Assembly: GCA_963828195.1 (NCBI GenBank)
Contig: CAWHDT010000003.1
Coordinates: forward strand, 384,001 to 448,000
Direction of reading: 5' to 3'
Length of the DNA stretch: 64,000 bases
Source: Candidatus Bathyarchaeota archaeon
GTDB taxonomy: Archaea; Thermoproteota; Bathyarchaeia; Bathyarchaeales; Bathycorpusculaceae
The translations under genes and the position numbers were made by a program. The notes beneath the pieces were generated by a model. It had not been told where the DNA came from. It made no database searches and was given only the letters and a program-made list of their open reading frames with translations. How positions within the stretch are numbered: the stretch's first letter is position 1; each line of letters starts with the position of its first letter. Positions 61,175 to 64,000 of the stretch are shown piece after piece.

Positions 61175-62539
61175 ATGGCGCTTTTTGACAGGTTTCTTTT
61201 TGCCTTTACAATTGCATCTCATATTATACTTGTTTCCGTGAGCATAGCACTGATCTTTATTATTTCGACGGCAGAATTTCTCTCACTTCGCCGAAGTGAC
61301 AAATACTACGGCGCTTTATCAAATCGGCTCTCCAAGGCGTTTGTGGTAGTTTTCGGCATCGGGACAGCCAGCGGCGTAGTCATGGCGGTTGAGCTTGTAA
61401 CGCTGTTTCCCACCTTCATGACGCTTGTATCTGAAACTGGAGCAATCTCAATCTTTTATGCAGAAATCTTCGCTTTCTTCCTGGAAACCATCGCCCTCGT
61501 ATTATACGTTTACTACGCCGATTTTCTGGGCAAGTACACACATTGGATGCTGTCAATCGTTATCGCTGCAGGCGCATTGCTCTCAGCGATACTCATCACT
61601 ATGCTTAACGCCTGGATGAATACACCTAACGGATTTGATGAATCCGCCTTCATTCAAAGCGGAAAGGTGACTGTGCTGGCAATTTGGGCGCCGTTCTTCA
61701 CAACTTCAACCATAGCCGAGGTAGCGCATGTTCTTCCCACCGTTTTGTTCGCGGGAGTGATGCTTGTGGGAGGATATTTCGCGTGGCGGAGCCTCAAATC
61801 AAAAGACCTTGAAGAAAAAAAGATGCTGGCCAAAGGGTTGAAAATCGCAGCTTCACTTGGGATAATTACGATAGTGTTGGTGATATTAACAGGGATAAAC
61901 GAGATTACAACGCTGCTTAAACTTCAACCATTGAAGTATGCTGCGATTGAACTGAACCCAGCACCAGGCACCAACTTGCCCGAAAAATTATTCGGCAGCT
62001 TAAAAAACGGCCAGTTTTACGGAGGCATACCGATTCCTCATCTGCAATCATTCCTTGTCCAAATTGAAACAGGGATCAAAACTCTGCCTGGGCTTTCACA
62101 GTTTCCATCCTCGGATTGGCCGCCGCTTTATGTGCATTCAACCTTCGACGCAATGGTTATCGGAGGCTTCTTACTCGGTTTCTTCTTTTTAGCCTATTTT
62201 GTTGATTGGGCAATTTTAAGAAAAAAACCCCACGAATCCAAACTTTTTCTTTACAGTTGGATTCCGCTTGGCTTTTTTGCTTTAATAATTATGGAGTTGG
62301 GTTGGGTGACCGATGAGGTTGGGAGACAACCTTGGATAGTCTACAACGTGATGACTAGCCAGCAAGCAGCTAATTACAGCTCAGGCTTTTTGGTTCCAGG
62401 CATATTGATAATCGCTTTCTACCTCATCTTGCTGCCGCTCACATTCTACTTCTTCACGCGGATCTTCAACTCCACTTCAATGTCTGAAAAAGAAGAGCAC
62501 AAGCACAAAGGTGCAAATATGATGGGTGTGAAATATTGA
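61175..62539 (+). CDS. cydA: Cytochrome bd oxidase subunit I
   Basis: ASHI, GTASG, EIFAFFLE, NAWMNTP, VAH, QPLKYAAIE, FDAM, ELGW...EVGRQPW. Confidence 0.92.
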   Translation: MALFDRFLFAFTIASHIILVSVSIALIFIISTAEFLSLRRSDKYYGALSNRLSKAFVVVFGIGTASGVVMAVELVTLFPTFMTLVSETGAISIFYAEIFAFFLETIALVLYVYYADFLGKYTHWMLSIVIAAGALLSAILITMLNAWMNTPNGFDESAFIQSGKVTVLAIWAPFFTTSTIAEVAHVLPTVLFAGVMLVGGYFAWRSLKSKDLEEKKMLAKGLKIAASLGIITIVLVILTGINEITTLLKLQPLKYAAIELNPAPGTNLPEKLFGSLKNGQFYGGIPIPHLQSFLVQIETGIKTLPGLSQFPSSDWPPLYVHSTFDAMVIGGFLLGFFFLAYFVDWAILRKKPHESKLFLYSWIPLGFFALIIMELGWVTDEVGRQPWIVYNVMTSQQAANYSSGFLVPGILIIAFYLILLPLTFYFFTRIFNSTSMSEKEEHKHKGANMMGVKY

Positions 62540-63474
62540 ACTTCATATTTGAAACGTACTTTGTCGTCTTCGCGATATTTGCCTCACTGCTAATTACGGA
62601 GATAATGAGTTCTGTTTTTTTGCTCCTCTTTTGGCAACAGTCAAACTCCAGAGTTCTGAAATACATTGTGCCCATATGGGAAGTTACAGGGACGTTCGCG
62701 GCTTTTCTGGTTGTTATGGGCGACTTTGCTTTTCCCTCCCTTTTGATTCCCATAGCATCCATCTTCGCACCTTTGCTCACAGTATTTTTGGTTTTCTTTG
62801 TTGCAAGAAATGCGTCACTGGCTTTTGCAGAATTCATAACAAAGAAAAATTGGCTCGATAAAGAAAAACTCTACAAAATCTACGCCGTATCAACATTGGT
62901 TCTTGGTTTTACCATTCTGGTTCTTCTTTCAGCTCTAGTCAGCGGTGCCGGCGTCAATTTTTCCGCTGGAACTTTTTCGCTTGGCGCTTGGGTTTCTTCG
63001 TCTGGCTCCATTCTCTTTGTGGTCGGCACGCTTCTTGTAGGATTTGGCGTTACACCCGTATTCTTAGCTATTGATCACTTGAAGAAAACCGTTTTGCCTT
63101 TAACTGCGGCCGGCGTCGTCATCTCGGTTCTCGCTTACTACCTTTATTCGGAATCATTTATCTCCGCTTTAATGCTTATACCAATCGCCCTCACCCTGCT
63201 AATCGGCGTTCTCTACACGACATCGAAAAAGACCGCTGCAGTAATATCAAACAAGGCAGTTTTCATCACATTCCTCAGCATCACAATATTCTCTCTTCAG
63301 TTTCTAGTTTACCCCACTGCAATTGGAGGGGCGGTCCATGTTGATGCAGTAACGACGTCAGGTCCAATGACCTCCGCGTTCTTCACCATTACTGCAGTCG
63401 GAGGAACGATGCTTGCAATAATGCTCGGATTCTACATGAATATCACAAGGCGCTCAAAAAATTCCGAGCCATAG
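62536..63474 (+). CDS. cydB: Cytochrome bd subunit II (divergent)
   Basis: Overlaps the cydA stop; PIWEV.GTF..F...FP motif; multi-TM. Confidence 0.75.
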   Translation: MNFIFETYFVVFAIFASLLITEIMSSVFLLLFWQQSNSRVLKYIVPIWEVTGTFAAFLVVMGDFAFPSLLIPIASIFAPLLTVFLVFFVARNASLAFAEFITKKNWLDKEKLYKIYAVSTLVLGFTILVLLSALVSGAGVNFSAGTFSLGAWVSSSGSILFVVGTLLVGFGVTPVFLAIDHLKKTVLPLTAAGVVISVLAYYLYSESFISALMLIPIALTLLIGVLYTTSKKTAAVISNKAVFITFLSITIFSLQFLVYPTAIGGAVHVDAVTTSGPMTSAFFTITAVGGTMLAIMLGFYMNITRRSKNSEP

Positions 63475-63728
63475 AGGCTCCTCAAATAGATTGAGTTTTT
63501 CAACGAGAACATAGATTCGTTATACGGATCAAAAATTCTTATAGTCCATTTAGTTTAGTTCTATTTAGTTTGAAATCAAAGTTGCTGTTTATTTGAATTT
63601 AAAATAACTTTTCTTCCTTAACTTTGCACTTGAAAGAATTCCAAATCAGCCTTTTATATCAGATTGATCATAAAATATATTGTTTATTCGTTGACAAAAA
63701 GTCAAATAATTCGTAAAAAGTGATTAAT

Positions 63729-64000
63729 ATGGTATTAACTGGTGATTTTCTGGATGTTATGGCGTGGGACGTCTCCCTGAGCGCGGTCCTATTATGTATG
63801 GGCGCTATCATGCTTCATTACAACGCATCATCAGGTTTGGTTGATGAAAAAGCAGGAGATTTGCGAAGAGGATTCTCAATAGCGGCGGGAGCGGCGGGAT
63901 TTTACCTGTTTATATCAGGTATGGCGATCAGTTTCATTTGGCCATTCGCACTCTCAGGCGGAGTGTACAACGTGCTCTTCGGCGGGATCGCCACCCTTGG
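63729..64000 (+). CDS. DUF981-like membrane protein (partial)
   Basis: Manual translation MVLTGDFLDVMAW...SFIWPF...YNVLFGG; runs off the window end. Confidence 0.55.
   Translation, partial: MVLTGDFLDVMAWDVSLSAVLLCMGAIMLHYNASSGLVDEKAGDLRRGFSIAAGAAGFYLFISGMAISFIWPFALSGGVYNVLFGGIATL

Overview
Archaeal chromosomal window, most likely Candidatus Bathyarchaeia. This is inferred from aIF-2beta, DUF424, DUF373, archaeal YchF, TATA-type promoters and tandem PQQ-like beta-propeller surface proteins. In order it holds: a speB-HEPN-MNT-DUF488-vapBC toxin/antitoxin string; radical SAM, nitroreductase and hydrolase genes; secreted beta-propeller and beta-helix proteins; rubrerythrin; an AT-rich accessory block (DUF2971-like, ParB-like); a complete type I-B CRISPR-Cas locus (15 repeats); a surface-protein cluster; a CoxMSL-like molybdenum hydroxylase with XdhC and MocA; a housekeeping block (uppS, aIF-2beta, ychF); an S53 protease; and cydAB. 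The most notable unexplained signal is a ~235-bp diverged, double-hairpin non-coding element present twice in inverted orientation (49.5 kb and 56.2 kb), one copy overlapping a gene's last codons. Also notable are four exact 12-bp repeats upstream of cas6, anomalous leader-end CRISPR spacers, and an MNT with an extra Cas2-like domain. Several single-base +1 frameshifts suggest long-read consensus error, so single-base observations need read-level checks. All family assignments come from motif recognition; no database search was run.
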